This document shows positions 49,351 to 59,709 of a stretch of 64,000 nt of DNA, piece after piece. Positions within the stretch are counted from its first letter, which is position 1, and every line of letters begins with the position of its first letter. Position numbers and translations under genes: made by a program. The stretch spans positions 352,001 through 416,000 of the forward strand of contig CAXXUK010000001.1 of assembly GCA_963665125.2 (NCBI GenBank), written 5' to 3'. The DNA comes from an uncultured Desulfarculus sp. GTDB lineage: Bacteria; Desulfobacterota; Desulfarculia; Desulfarculales; Desulfarculaceae. The notes below the pieces were generated by a model that worked only from the letters and a program-made list of their open reading frames with translations, did not search any database and was not told the DNA's origin.

Positions 49351-51210
49351 ATGGCTGAAATATTCGGCACGTCAAACAAGATATTGGAAGTGGATCTGAG
49401 CGCAAAGACCTCAAGGGTGTATGAAGTGCCCGAAGATATCCGCCGCAGGTACCTGGGGGCAAAGGGCCTCGGGCTCAAGCTGCTGTATGACCGCATGAAC
49501 CCCGGCTCCGATCCCCTGGGCCCGGACAACCACATAGCGTTCATGCCCGGCGTGCTCATGGGCACCGGTGCGCCGTGCACGGGCCGTTTCCATACTGTGG
49601 CCAAGTCGCCCCTGACCGGCATATTCGTCACCAGTTCCTGCGGCGGACCTTTTGGCATGAATCTCAAGACCGCCGGTTGGGACGGGCTGATCATCAGGGG
49701 CCGCTCGGAAAGCCCGGTCTATGTTGTCGTGGACTCCCAAGGGGCCGGTTTCAGGGACGCCAGGGCCTTGTGGGGTCTCGATACCGTTGAGACCCAGCAT
49801 AAGCTCGACGGCAAACGCATGGCCTCGGTGGTGATCGGCCAGGCGGGTGAAAACCTGGTGCCCATGGCCAACGTCCGCAGCGGACACCGTTTTTTGGGCC
49901 GCGGCGGCATTGGCGCGGTGATGGGCTCCAAAAACCTCAAGGCCGTGGTCGCCCAAGGTGGGGCCTACAAGATAAGGCCCGTGGATCAGCAGGCCTTTGA
50001 CAAGGTCAAGAAAAAGGCCGCCAAATACATCGAATCGAACCACATGACCAGCGAAAGCTACCGCAAGTACGGCACCGCCTACAACATGCGCGAAAGCCTC
50101 AGGGGCGACATAGTGCCGGTGCGCAATTTCAGCGATGGCAACCACCCTGACTGTGACCGGTTATCCGGCCCAAGCATGGCCGAAAGGTGGTCCACAAAGC
50201 CGCACACATGCCGGCCCTGTTCAATTCTGTGCGGCCATCAAGCCAATATCAAGGGGGAAAAACGGGCCTTGCCCGAGTTTGAAACAGTGGGGTTGATGGG
50301 CACCAACCTGGAGATTTTCGACCCGGAAACTGTCAGCGATTTTAACGAGTTGTGCGGTAAATACGGCATGGACACCATCAGCGCTGGCGGCACCATCGCC
50401 TGGGTTATGGAGGCGGCCGAGAGGGGACTGATTCATTCTGATTTGCGTTTCGGCTCGGAAGCCGGGGTTCGTGAGGCCATCGCCGACATGGCCCTGCGGC
50501 AGGGCTTTGGCGACGAGATGTGCCTGGGCACCCGCCGGCTTTCGCAGAAATACGGCGGCGGTGATTTTGCCATGCAGGTCAAGGGGCTGGAAATGGCGGC
50601 CTATGATCCGCGCGGCTCGTTCGGCCAGGGCCTCAACTATGCCGTGGCCAACCGCGGAGCCTGCCATCTGTCGGCCTATTTGTGCGCCCAGGAGGTGTTC
50701 TTCAATCTGCTCAACCCAGACAGCACATACGGCAAGCCGGTGTGGGTGAAATATTTCGAAGACCTCACGGCGTGCGTCAACGCCCTCCAGACCTGCCAGT
50801 TCACCATGTTCGCCTATATCTTCGAGGTGCCGCTGACCAAATACACGCCAGACTGGCAGCTCAAGCTGCTGATGCAATACCTGCCCAAGATGACCACCTA
50901 CCTGGTGGACTTTTCGGTCTACCGCAACCTGTGGAACTCGGTAACAGGCCTCAAGCTGGGTCATATGGAATTCCTGCGTTGCGGCGAGAGGATCCATGTC
51001 TTGGAGCGCTACATGAACACCCGGGAGGGCGTCAGCCGCAAGGATGACACCTTGCCCAACCGGCTGCTGACCGAAGGCCGCCGCAGCGACCCCAGGGGGC
51101 TGACCGTGCCCCTGGACAAGATGCTCGACGGCTACTACAAGGTTCGGGGCTATGACTCCGACGGCATACCAACCGGCGATTTGTTGAAAAGGCTGGAGAT
51201 CCAGCGCTAG
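49351..51210 (+). CDS. Aldehyde:ferredoxin oxidoreductase family (W/Mo-pterin) protein
   Basis: AKSPLTG, GRGGIGAVMGSKNLKAV, CRPCSILC, PEFET, GMDTIS, YDPR, NRGACH. Confidence 0.92.
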   Translation: MAEIFGTSNKILEVDLSAKTSRVYEVPEDIRRRYLGAKGLGLKLLYDRMNPGSDPLGPDNHIAFMPGVLMGTGAPCTGRFHTVAKSPLTGIFVTSSCGGPFGMNLKTAGWDGLIIRGRSESPVYVVVDSQGAGFRDARALWGLDTVETQHKLDGKRMASVVIGQAGENLVPMANVRSGHRFLGRGGIGAVMGSKNLKAVVAQGGAYKIRPVDQQAFDKVKKKAAKYIESNHMTSESYRKYGTAYNMRESLRGDIVPVRNFSDGNHPDCDRLSGPSMAERWSTKPHTCRPCSILCGHQANIKGEKRALPEFETVGLMGTNLEIFDPETVSDFNELCGKYGMDTISAGGTIAWVMEAAERGLIHSDLRFGSEAGVREAIADMALRQGFGDEMCLGTRRLSQKYGGGDFAMQVKGLEMAAYDPRGSFGQGLNYAVANRGACHLSAYLCAQEVFFNLLNPDSTYGKPVWVKYFEDLTACVNALQTCQFTMFAYIFEVPLTKYTPDWQLKLLMQYLPKMTTYLVDFSVYRNLWNSVTGLKLGHMEFLRCGERIHVLERYMNTREGVSRKDDTLPNRLLTEGRRSDPRGLTVPLDKMLDGYYKVRGYDSDGIPTGDLLKRLEIQR

Positions 51211-51329
51211 GAAAGGCATCAAGACAAAAGCCCGGGGACTGGTTGCCCGTACGAACGAAAAAACGCTGCCGAGCCGGCGAAAAACCGGCCCGACAGCGTG
51301 CCTGCGGTAGGTCCGGGAAGATTATTGAC

Positions 51330-52481
51330 TTATCTGTAAGCCCCTTGTTTGATCAGCTTGTTGGGGCGGAAGATTTCCTTGCCGTACCTGTCGGCCAGGC
51401 CGTCCAGACGGGCGGCCAGGTCCTCCGGCTCGATTCCGGCCACCAGGGCCATGGGGCCGAACATGGCTCCGGTGGCATTGATGATTGCCTTGTCTATATC
51501 TTCCAGCTTGCAGGCTCCAGCTTCGATTATTTTCATGGCTTCGTTGGCGTTGACAAACATCATGTTCATGACGTCGAATTTGTCGGTGGCCTTGTCCATG
51601 TCGATGGCGGGCCGGCCGTTGCTCCAGTCGAACAGGCCCTTGCCGGTCTTTTTGCCCAGGTTGCCCTGGTCCACAAGCTGTTGGATTGTCGAACCGATCT
51701 TGAAGTCCGGGTGGATGGCCTGGGCATAGTAGGCGCTGCCCATCACCGAGATGTCCAGGCCGGTATAATCCATGGTCTCGTAGGGACCCATGGGGGCGCC
51801 GGTCTTGCGCACCGTGGCGTCCAACTCCTCGGGCTGGACTTCGCCGCTGTCGAGAATGGCGTTGAGCAGCACGCCGCTGGGGGCCTGGACCCGGTTGACG
51901 ATGAAGCCGGGCACGTCCTTTTCCACTCGCACCGGGACCTTCTTGTTTTTGAGGACGAACTCCACGCAGATGTCCATGGTTTCGTCAGAGGTGCCCTCGC
52001 CCCGGATGACTTCCACCAGCTTCATCAGCACCGCCGGGTTGAAGTAGTGCAGGCCAACGACCTTGTCTGGTCTGCCTGTGGCCTTGGCGATCTCGGTGAT
52101 TTTCATGGTGGAGGTGTTGGATGCCAGAATGGCGTGGGCCGGGGCGGCGGCGTCGGCCTCGGCGAAGATCTTCTTTTTGAGGTCCATCAATTCCGGCGCG
52201 GCTTCGATGACCAGGTCGGCCTGGGCCACGGCCTGTTTGAGGTCGGTGCTGGATTTGAGCAAATGCTCCCGGACCAGGGCGACGTGTTCCGCCGGCACCT
52301 TGCCCTTTTGGGACAGCTTGTCCAGGCTGGTGTTGATGCGGGTCATGCCCTTGTTAACGGCCTCGTCGTTGATGTCGTAGAGAAAGACCTTGTACCCGGC
52401 TATGAGCGCCACCTCGGCGATGCCGTGGCCCATGTCTCCGGCGCCCACAACGGCAATAGTTTTGACGTCGTCGATAGTCAC
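51330..52481 (-). CDS. 3-hydroxyacyl-CoA dehydrogenase
   Basis: VGAGDMGHGIA, VIEA, SNTS, GLHYFNPA..MKLVE, PGFIVNR, PMGP. Confidence 0.9.
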   Translation of the reverse strand: MTIDDVKTIAVVGAGDMGHGIAEVALIAGYKVFLYDINDEAVNKGMTRINTSLDKLSQKGKVPAEHVALVREHLLKSSTDLKQAVAQADLVIEAAPELMDLKKKIFAEADAAAPAHAILASNTSTMKITEIAKATGRPDKVVGLHYFNPAVLMKLVEVIRGEGTSDETMDICVEFVLKNKKVPVRVEKDVPGFIVNRVQAPSGVLLNAILDSGEVQPEELDATVRKTGAPMGPYETMDYTGLDISVMGSAYYAQAIHPDFKIGSTIQQLVDQGNLGKKTGKGLFDWSNGRPAIDMDKATDKFDVMNMMFVNANEAMKIIEAGACKLEDIDKAIINATGAMFGPMALVAGIEPEDLAARLDGLADRYGKEIFRPNKLIKQGAYR

Positions 52482-52491
52482 TTTGGCCTCC

Positions 52492-53400
52492 CTAGGAAAT
52501 CAAGCCCATGCTGTGCATGAAAATGTCGGTGCCGCTGTTGAAGGTCTGGTTTTCGGTCAGGTCGCTGATCTTGTCGAAGTTGTCCCTGATCTCCTCGGCC
52601 GTCACCAGTTGGTCGTTTTTGACCAGGCCCACGCCGGCATTGCTGACAACCGCGCTACGGGCGAACCAGCCGCCGCTCATGGTGAAGGTCATGCCGCTGA
52701 CCTGGCATTCCTCGGAACAGAGGTAGGTGACCATGGGCGTATTGAATTCGGGACGCAGCTTGTCCTTGAGGTCCGGTCCGAAGATATCGGCGGTCATCCG
52801 GGAATAGGCGTTGGGGGCCACGGTGTTGACCATGATGTTGTATTTGGCCGCCTCGAGCTTGAGGGTGTTCATGATGCCCACCAGGCCCAGCTTGGCCGCG
52901 CCGTAGTTGGTCTGTCCGAAGTTGCCGTAGAGGCCCGAGGTGCTGGCCGTGAAGATGATGCGGCCGTAGAGATTGTCCTTCATGACCTTGGCCGCGGGCT
53001 GGGTCAGGCAGAAGGCGCCCCTGAGGTGCACCGACACCACCAGGTCCCATTCATCGGCGGTCATTTTGAAGAACGAGCGGTCCCGCAGGATTCCGGCGTT
53101 GTTGATCAGGATATCCACGGTGCCGTAGTTGTCCAAGGCGGTCTGGACAATGCTTTGGCCGCCTTCCATGGTGCTCACCGAGTCGTAGTTGGCCACGGCC
53201 TCGCCACCGGCGGCCTTGATCTCCTCGACCACGGCGTCGGCGGCCGCGCTGCCGGTGCCCACTCCGTCGACGGAGCCGCCCAGGTCGTTGACCACGACTT
53301 TGGCTCCGCGCTTGGCCAGATCCAGGGCATAGGTGCGGCCCACGCCGCCTCCCGCGCCAGAAACGATCGCAACTCTTCCGTCAAATCTTATTTCACTCAT
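52492..53400 (-). CDS. SDR oxidoreductase, MFE-2/HSD17B4 dehydrogenase-like
   Basis: SGAGGGVG, VVVNDLGG, NNAGILRD, SGLYGNFGQTNYGAAK. Confidence 0.88.
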   Translation of the reverse strand: MSEIRFDGRVAIVSGAGGGVGRTYALDLAKRGAKVVVNDLGGSVDGVGTGSAAADAVVEEIKAAGGEAVANYDSVSTMEGGQSIVQTALDNYGTVDILINNAGILRDRSFFKMTADEWDLVVSVHLRGAFCLTQPAAKVMKDNLYGRIIFTASTSGLYGNFGQTNYGAAKLGLVGIMNTLKLEAAKYNIMVNTVAPNAYSRMTADIFGPDLKDKLRPEFNTPMVTYLCSEECQVSGMTFTMSGGWFARSAVVSNAGVGLVKNDQLVTAEEIRDNFDKISDLTENQTFNSGTDIFMHSMGLIS

Positions 53401-53440
53401 TTGGAGTACTCCTTGTGAATAGAGCCGAAATGCGGCGTTG

Positions 53441-53486
53441 AAAGAGGGGGACGGCCCGTCCCTCGAAAATAGGCCGTCCCCCTTTT
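53441..53486. terminator. Terminator-like hairpin
   Basis: AGGGGGACGGCC...GGCCGTCCCCCT flanked by A and T runs. Confidence 0.55.
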
Positions 53487-53593
53487 AGCCGAACCAGGGC
53501 CAGACCCCTCTAGCATTCCTTAGTTACGGCTATGTCGAGAACAAACCGGCGATCCGGGCCGGGAGGTTTGGCCCGAAAAACCGGCATTGCTTG

Positions 53594-54796
53594 TTAGTTT
53601 TCGCGTTCGATGACCGTGGCCACGCCTTGGCCGCCGCCCACGCAGGCGTTGGCCACGCCCCAGCGGCCGCCCTTGGCCTCCAGGATGCGGGCCAGGGTGC
53701 CGACCAGGCGGCAACCCGTGGCGCCCAGGGGGTGGCCGATGGCCAGACCGCCGCCCATGACATTGACCTTTTCCGGGTCCAGGCCCAATTGGGCGATGCA
53801 GTTGAGGGCCACGATGGCGAACGCCTCGTTGATTTCCCAAAAGTCCACTTCCTTGGCATCCAGGCCGATCTGGGCCAGGGCCTTTTGGCTGGCGGGCACC
53901 GGGCCGTGCCCCATGATCGTGGGGTCCACGCCGGCGAAGCCGATGCTGCGCACCGTGGCCAGGGGCTTGATGCCCTTGGCCTTGGCTTTTTCCTTGGACA
54001 TCAGGATCAGGCCCGTGGCCGCGGCGTTGAGCGGCGAGGAAACACCTGCGGTGATCATGCCGTCTTTCTTGTAGGCGGGCCGGAGTTGGGCCAGGCCCTC
54101 CAGGGTGGTGTCGCCGCGGACGGCCTGGTCCGTGGTTACGGTCATGGTGCTGCCGTCCGCCTGGGGCGCCTCGATGGGCAGGATCTCGCCGTCAAAGAAG
54201 CCGTCGGCCTGGGCCTGGGCCGCCCTCTGGTGGGAGCGAACAGCCCATTTGTCCATGTCCTCTTTGGTGAAGTCGGTCTGGCTCAGCAGCTTTTCCGCGG
54301 TCATGCCCATATTCATGGCGTTCATCATGTCCCAATGCAGGTATTCCTGGCCCATGAAAAGCTGCATGTTCGGAGCGACCAGACCGCGTTCCTGGGTGGA
54401 CCCGCCCATGGACACTCGGGTCATGTGCTCCATGCCGCCGACCATGACGACGTCGGCCGCGCCGGTGGCGATTTCCATGAAGCCGATATGGATGCCGGCC
54501 ATGGCGCTGCCGCACTGCTGATCCACAAACTTAGCGCTGATGGTCTCGGGCAGGTTGGCCATGAAAATGGGCATGCGGCCGCCGTAGGTCCACTGCTCGC
54601 CGATGCCCATGGCGCAACCCACAATGAAGTCATCGATTTCGGCCGGTTCGACACCTGACTTTTCAATGAGTTTCGGCAGGAGTTTTCCGATCAGTTCGTC
54701 GCCGCGCAGAGCGTGAAACCAGTCGCGTCCGGGGTCGTTGGGACGGCAGCGGGACTGGGCGGTGCGCAGATAACCGACAATAACTACTTCTTGCAT
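53594..54796 (-). CDS. Acetyl-CoA C-acyltransferase (thiolase)
   Basis: QQCGSA, EINEAFA, GHPLGATG, ACVGGGQG. Confidence 0.93.
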   Translation of the reverse strand: MQEVVIVGYLRTAQSRCRPNDPGRDWFHALRGDELIGKLLPKLIEKSGVEPAEIDDFIVGCAMGIGEQWTYGGRMPIFMANLPETISAKFVDQQCGSAMAGIHIGFMEIATGAADVVMVGGMEHMTRVSMGGSTQERGLVAPNMQLFMGQEYLHWDMMNAMNMGMTAEKLLSQTDFTKEDMDKWAVRSHQRAAQAQADGFFDGEILPIEAPQADGSTMTVTTDQAVRGDTTLEGLAQLRPAYKKDGMITAGVSSPLNAAATGLILMSKEKAKAKGIKPLATVRSIGFAGVDPTIMGHGPVPASQKALAQIGLDAKEVDFWEINEAFAIVALNCIAQLGLDPEKVNVMGGGLAIGHPLGATGCRLVGTLARILEAKGGRWGVANACVGGGQGVATVIEREN

Positions 54797-54809
54797 CCTT
54801 ATGGTCTCC

Positions 54810-55469
54810 TTAATGGGAATTCGCCTGATATGCCGCCAAAATCTGGTTGTTATCGCAGTATGCATCGGTATAACCGGATGGCTGAACGACACCCAGAAAC
54901 ACTATGTCCAGGATGTCGTCCACCGCCTCGATCAGGTCGTATCTCTTGGGGGTGTACAGCCAGAGAAGCACGGTTTGGTTAACCGCGCCGATCAGCACTG
55001 CCGCAGTCGTTGCCACGTCGATGTTGTTGTTGAACTCGCCGCTGGCCATGCCTTGTTTGATGGTCGACTCGACCAGCCGCCTCAATTTATCGAGGGGTTC
55101 GGCGGAGTTTTCTCTTTCCAGCATCTGGTACTGATGAATGCAAACGCGGCAGGCCCTGCCGAAAATCGGATCCTGCTCGAAGGCCTTGGCATACGACCCG
55201 AGGATTCCCCTGATCTGGTGTCCCGCACCCCTGATGAGTTGCAGGTGCTCCAAGACCATATCTTCAACTTGTCTGGCGAATTTTGCGATCACCTGGCCCA
55301 GCAATACCTGCTTGTTGGCGAAGTACTTGTAGATGGTGCTGTCGGAAAAACCGGCCTTGTTGGCGATTTCCTCAACCGTGGCGTAGTCATAGCCGTTTTC
55401 CGCGAATACTTTGGCCGCAGCCAAGATAATCTGCGCCTTCCTGGTTTTGACTTTAGGCAATTTTTTCAC
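54810..55469 (-). CDS. TetR-family regulator (fatty-acid degradation type)
   Basis: ILAAAKVFAENGY..ATVEEIA..AG....TIYKYF.NK; lies inside the beta-oxidation operon. Confidence 0.85.
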   Translation of the reverse strand: MKKLPKVKTRKAQIILAAAKVFAENGYDYATVEEIANKAGFSDSTIYKYFANKQVLLGQVIAKFARQVEDMVLEHLQLIRGAGHQIRGILGSYAKAFEQDPIFGRACRVCIHQYQMLERENSAEPLDKLRRLVESTIKQGMASGEFNNNIDVATTAAVLIGAVNQTVLLWLYTPKRYDLIEAVDDILDIVFLGVVQPSGYTDAYCDNNQILAAYQANSH

Positions 55470-55486
55470 GACAGCACTCCCGGCTA

Positions 55487-57286
55487 TCAGTCGTTAAATG
55501 CGGCTGGCTGGATCAAGGCCGTAAGACCATCGTCCTCTTCCAGACGGTCCGCCAGACCGGACATCTTGGACAATTCGTAATGGAAGAAGTAACGCATGGT
55601 ATCCAGCTTGCCCTGGAAGAACTCTTTTTCCTTTTCCGAAGGATTGCCGGCCAGACCCTGCTGGGCGGCGACGCCCTGCTTGAGCCACTGCCAGGCCACC
55701 ACAACCAGACCAAACATCTCCAGGAATAGCGTGGCGTCGGCCAGGAAAATGTCGGGCCTGCCCTTCATGGCCAGGGCGATCTTGGCTTTGACAACCTCCT
55801 GGAGCTTGTCCATGGCCTGCTGCAGGCGCTGGGCATAGGGCGCCGTGGCCTCGTTTTCGGCGGCTTTGGCTAATACCGGGGCAACTTCCTTGAAGAACAG
55901 CTTCAGGGCCTTGCCTTCCTCCATCATCACCTTGCGGCCCAGCAGGTCCATGCCCTGGATGCCGGTGGTGCCTTCATGGATGGGATGGATGCGGCAGTCC
56001 CGGTAATACTGCTCAAGGATGAACTCATCGGTATAGCCGTAGCCGCCCAGGATCTGCACGCCCGCGCTGATGGACAGGATGCCCATTTCAGAGGGGTAGG
56101 TCTTGGCCACCGGGGTCAGTAGTTCCAGCAGCAGCCAATAGTCGTGCTTGGTGTCCTCGGGGCCGTTGAGGGCCAGGTCGGCGTACTTGGAGGTCTCCAG
56201 GATCAGCGACTCGGAACCCTCGGTCACTGCGCGCTGGAACAAGAGCATCCGCTTGATGTCGGCGTGGTTGATGATCATGACCTGGGGCTTGGTCAGGTCC
56301 TTGTCGTTGATCATGCGGCCCTGGGGACGCTCGCCCGCGTATTCAAGGGAAGCGTAATATGCTCCCGAAGCCAGGCCCGTGGCGCCGATGCCCGTGCCGA
56401 TGCGCGCTTCGTTCATCATCTGGAACATGTAGCTGAGGCCCTTGTGCGCCTCGCCCACCAGCCAGCCCCGGCAATCGCCTTCCTCACCCATGCTCAGATG
56501 GGCGATGGGGCAGCCGCGGTAGCCCATCTTGTGGAAGATGCCCGCGGTGAGCAGGTCGTTGGGGACCAGTTCGTCGCCCTCGGGACGATACTTGGGAACC
56601 AGGAACAGGCTGATGCCCTTGACGCCTGGCGGGGCGCCTTCGATGCGAGCCAGCATCAGGTGCACGATGTTGTCCACGGCGTCGTGGTCACCGGCCGAGA
56701 TGAATATCTTCTGGCCCTTGATCAGGTAGTGGTCTCCATCGGTGGGATAGGCCATGGTGGCCACATCGCTGAGCGAACTGCCGGCGTCGGGCTCGGTGAG
56801 GGCCATGGTGCCCTGCCAGGTTCCGTTCATCATGTTTTCGATGTACGGCTCGTGGAGTTCCTTGGCGCCGAAATCGCGGATCAGGTTGGCCGCGCCGATG
56901 GTCAGGCCGGGGTACACCGATCCGCCGTAGTTGGCCGCGGCCAGGATCAGTGAGCAGGCGTTGAATACCGTCAATGGAAGCTGTTGGCCGTCTTCGTCAT
57001 AGGACAACGGAGCGGTGAACCAGCCGTTTTCGGCATATGTCGCGATGTAGTCCTTGACCGAGGGGTGAACCTTGATCTGGCCGTCGACCAACTCGGGGGG
57101 CTGGCGGTCCATCTCCTGGAAGAACGGGTAGAGTTGGTCATTGGCCATGCGCATGGCCATGTCCAACATGATGTCGAAACCTTCCTTGTCATGATCCTCA
57201 AAGAAAGGAATCGAAATCAGACTCTCCACGTCGTGCACGTTATAAAGTAAAAACTTTAAGTTGCGTTCGCTGATGAATTTACTCAT
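55487..57286 (-). CDS. Acyl-CoA dehydrogenase
   Basis: GTMALTEPDAGS, GQKIFIS, KGISLF, HKMG, MFQMMNEAR, GGYGY, IHEGTTGIQ. Confidence 0.93.
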   Translation of the reverse strand: MSKFISERNLKFLLYNVHDVESLISIPFFEDHDKEGFDIMLDMAMRMANDQLYPFFQEMDRQPPELVDGQIKVHPSVKDYIATYAENGWFTAPLSYDEDGQQLPLTVFNACSLILAAANYGGSVYPGLTIGAANLIRDFGAKELHEPYIENMMNGTWQGTMALTEPDAGSSLSDVATMAYPTDGDHYLIKGQKIFISAGDHDAVDNIVHLMLARIEGAPPGVKGISLFLVPKYRPEGDELVPNDLLTAGIFHKMGYRGCPIAHLSMGEEGDCRGWLVGEAHKGLSYMFQMMNEARIGTGIGATGLASGAYYASLEYAGERPQGRMINDKDLTKPQVMIINHADIKRMLLFQRAVTEGSESLILETSKYADLALNGPEDTKHDYWLLLELLTPVAKTYPSEMGILSISAGVQILGGYGYTDEFILEQYYRDCRIHPIHEGTTGIQGMDLLGRKVMMEEGKALKLFFKEVAPVLAKAAENEATAPYAQRLQQAMDKLQEVVKAKIALAMKGRPDIFLADATLFLEMFGLVVVAWQWLKQGVAAQQGLAGNPSEKEKEFFQGKLDTMRYFFHYELSKMSGLADRLEEDDGLTALIQPAAFND

Positions 57287-57299
57287 TCTTTAAGCCCCT

Positions 57300-59432
57300 T
57301 TAATTATTGGCGTAGAAGGTTTTGCCCTGTTCAGCCATGTCCTTGATCAGTTTGGCCGGTTCAAAGCGTTGGCCGTATTTGGCCTCCAACTCCACCAGCT
57401 TTTCGTAAACGTTTTTGACGCCCCATTTGTCGGCATAAGCCAGGATGCCGCCGCGGAAGGGCGGGAAGCCGGTTCCCATGATCATGGCCAGGTCCATGTC
57501 GGCCGGGCGGTCGCAGATGCCCTGTTCCATCATCAAAGCCGCCTCGTTGATGGCGTTGGCCAGCATTAGTTCGATGATCTCGCCGTCAGCGGCCTTGCGG
57601 GGCTCAACGCCGTTGTCCGCCAGGTATTTGTCGACAATTTCCTTGACCCTGGGGTTGGGCACGGGTTTGCCCGAGGTGTAATCCATGAAGCCGGCTCCGG
57701 TCTTGCGGCCGTAGTCGCCCAATTCGTAGATGGCTTGGGTCAGCGGGTGAACCTTGTATCGTTCGCCCATCTCCCGCTCGAATGTCTTGTTGACGTGGTA
57801 GTTGATGTCGATTCCGGTCAGGTCGGCCAGGGTTGCCGGGCCCATGGGCATGCCGAAATCCAGCATGGCCGCTTCGACTTCTTCTCCGCTGACGCCATCG
57901 GCGCTGAGGAACACGCCGCCGCCCATCAGGCCGCCCAACTGGCGCGAAACATAGAAGCCCGGCCCGTCGTTGACCACCACGGGCGTTTTCCTGATGCGTT
58001 TGGCAAAGTCAACGCTGGTGGCCAGGGTCTGATCCGAGGTCTGCTTGGCGCAGATGATCTCCAACAGAGGCATGCGCTCGGCCGGGTTGAAGAAGTGCAG
58101 GCCGATCATCCGGCCAGGGTCTTTGAGGACACCGGCCATCTCGGTGATGGGCAGGGCCGAGGTGTTGGTGCCGAAGATCACGTCGTCGCGGCAAGTTTTT
58201 TCCAGGGTCAGCCAGATATCCTGCTTGACCTTCATGTCTTCCAGCACGGCCTCGATGATCAGGTCCACGTCGCCCAGATCCTCGAGTTTGGTGGTGGTGG
58301 TCAGCTTTTCGGCGATGAGCCTGTCCAGGTCGGCGGACTTCATCTTCTTCTTTTTGATCTGAAAGGCAAAGGTCTTCTTCACCGACTCAACGCCCTTGGC
58401 CAGGGCCTCCGGGTTTATGTCCCACAGCACGCAGTCAAAGCCGCCCGCTAAAAGCAGATGCACGATGCCGCAGCCCATGACGCCGCCGCCCAGTTGGGCC
58501 ACCTTTTGGGGCTTGGTCGGTTTGACGTCCTTGATCCGGGGCAGGCGGCCGGCCGAACGCTGGGTTAGGAACATATTCATCATGTTCTTGGCCACGTCGC
58601 TGGTGGCGCAGTCGGCGAAGAGTTCGGCTTCACGCTCGATATCGGTCTGGAAATCCGCGGTGAGGCCCTTTTCCAAGGCTTCAACAATCTTCAGGGGGGC
58701 GATGTAGCCTTTGGACTTCTGGGCGATCTGCATCTTGGCGAAGCCCAGAACCGCCGCCTTTTCCGCGGCGCTGGGCAGGCGGCCCAGGTTTTTGCTCACC
58801 GCTCTGGCCCGGACATTGGCAAGGCCCATTTGGAACAGGCCCACGGCCTCCATGGCCTTGTCCATCAGCTTGTCGGCGGGGACTATTTCGTGAATCAGGC
58901 CGTAGAGCAGAGCCTTGTCGGCGCTTATCTGGCGGCCGGAGGTCATCAGATCCAGGGCCCTTTGCAGACCCACCAGACGGGGCATGCGCTGGGTTCCCGC
59001 CGAACCGGGCAACAGGCCCAGTTGAACCTCGGGCAGGCCCAGCTTGGCCGTGGGTACGGCAACGCGGTGATGGCACGCCATGGCCAACTCCAGGCCGCCG
59101 CCCAGGCAGTTGCCGTTGATGGCCGCGATCACCGGCTTGCGGCCGCCCTCAAAGGCGTTGAACAATTCATGCAAGCTCATCAGGCCGGGCAGAATGTCTT
59201 CACGCTTTTCAACGGCCTTGAGCAAGTTGATGTCGCCGCCGGCGATGAATGTTCCGCCCGTGCCGGTCAGGATTAACGCCTTGACGGCATCATCATCCAG
59301 AGCCTCCATGATGGCCTGACCCAGTTCCTGGGTGAAATCGGCCGAGAATTGGTTCACCGGAGGGTTGTTCATGGTCAGGACGGCCACGCCATTTTTGATA
59401 TCAACATGTACTTTGTTGTAGTCGGTCTTCAT
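57300..59432 (-). CDS. Multifunctional enoyl-CoA hydratase / 3-hydroxyacyl-CoA dehydrogenase (FadB/FadJ-like)
   Basis: FIAGGD, GGGLELA, LPEVQLGLLPG; GGGVMG, IEAVLE, TNTS, GLHFFNPA, GMPMGP. Confidence 0.92.
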   Translation of the reverse strand: MKTDYNKVHVDIKNGVAVLTMNNPPVNQFSADFTQELGQAIMEALDDDAVKALILTGTGGTFIAGGDINLLKAVEKREDILPGLMSLHELFNAFEGGRKPVIAAINGNCLGGGLELAMACHHRVAVPTAKLGLPEVQLGLLPGSAGTQRMPRLVGLQRALDLMTSGRQISADKALLYGLIHEIVPADKLMDKAMEAVGLFQMGLANVRARAVSKNLGRLPSAAEKAAVLGFAKMQIAQKSKGYIAPLKIVEALEKGLTADFQTDIEREAELFADCATSDVAKNMMNMFLTQRSAGRLPRIKDVKPTKPQKVAQLGGGVMGCGIVHLLLAGGFDCVLWDINPEALAKGVESVKKTFAFQIKKKKMKSADLDRLIAEKLTTTTKLEDLGDVDLIIEAVLEDMKVKQDIWLTLEKTCRDDVIFGTNTSALPITEMAGVLKDPGRMIGLHFFNPAERMPLLEIICAKQTSDQTLATSVDFAKRIRKTPVVVNDGPGFYVSRQLGGLMGGGVFLSADGVSGEEVEAAMLDFGMPMGPATLADLTGIDINYHVNKTFEREMGERYKVHPLTQAIYELGDYGRKTGAGFMDYTSGKPVPNPRVKEIVDKYLADNGVEPRKAADGEIIELMLANAINEAALMMEQGICDRPADMDLAMIMGTGFPPFRGGILAYADKWGVKNVYEKLVELEAKYGQRFEPAKLIKDMAEQGKTFYANN

Positions 59433-59517
59433 CTGGCCTGCCTCTTTCCTTGCTGAGCGGTTGCCGCGCATGGCACTGTTCGCAGCAAAATGCATAAAAA
59501 ACAATGGAACCAATCAT

Positions 59518-59534
59518 GGCAAGAGGCGTGCCAA
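59518..59534 (-). promoter_or_regulatory. sigma54 (-24/-12) promoter of the beta-oxidation operon
   Basis: Minus strand TTGGCACGCCTCTTGCC matches TGGCAC-N5-TTGC, ~85 nt upstream of the fadB-like start. Confidence 0.85.
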
Positions 59535-59709
59535 AGGCTGCCGATAAAATTAGCAATTATTACATGCTCTTAACTGGGTGCTTGGGCGGGGATGGCATTC
59601 GATTCGCGAAATATGAACAAGCCTGTCGGAATTTAAAAAATCGAAAGCGGCTTCAAAGCTATGATTTGCTTTCTTTGCCGCTCGATAGGTTCCAAGAAAA
59701 GAGCGCGGG

